From positions 1 through 47,140 of the forward strand of contig JACROF010000008.1 in NCBI GenBank assembly GCA_016214555.1: a DNA stretch of 47,140 bases, given 5' to 3'. Below the pieces are notes generated by a model that saw nothing but the letters and a program-made list of their open reading frames with translations, ran no database searches and had not been told where the DNA came from. Shown piece after piece: positions 47,041-47,140 of this stretch; the first letter of the stretch is position 1; the number at the start of each line of letters is the position of its first letter. The translations under genes and the position numbers were made by a program. Origin of the DNA: Candidatus Levyibacteriota bacterium (GTDB lineage: Bacteria > Patescibacteriota > Microgenomatia > Levybacterales > UBA12049).

Positions 47041-47140
47041 CTTGTTCGAACAGACTTAATTAGTCCGTTCAGTAATTTGTGAACCAGTATCGTCTGATCA
47101 AATAGAGAGGAGAAGTCTATACTATTTATATAGTGAACAT

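Overview
Fragment of a Candidate Phyla Radiation (Microgenomates-like; inferred from gene content) bacterial chromosome. The AT-rich flanks carry ordinary genes. Left flank: 23S 3' end, 5S rRNA, rpsA, radA, a PIN/TRAM protein and a glycosyltransferase/membrane-protein operon. Right flank: a VirD4-like ATPase, rho, a LysM/M23 peptidase, tRNA-Ala, a RAYT-like transposase with REP-like palindromes and a giant LamG protein. Between them (~14.4-28.8 kb) is a mostly GC-rich island of minus-strand orphan genes with a striking RNA architecture. It has eight type III hammerhead ribozyme motifs in intergenic spacers (6 canonical, 1 variant, 1 degenerate). Its gene units open with a boxA-like motif immediately followed by 8-14 nt that are the perfect reverse complement of a segment at the unit's 3' end, in most cases just before the hammerhead. 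This boxA / leader-trailer helix / self-cleaving ribozyme cassette array is the main candidate novel system: rRNA-operon-like processing, and possibly circularisation, of mRNAs. All structure calls were made by eye; no folding or database searches were run.
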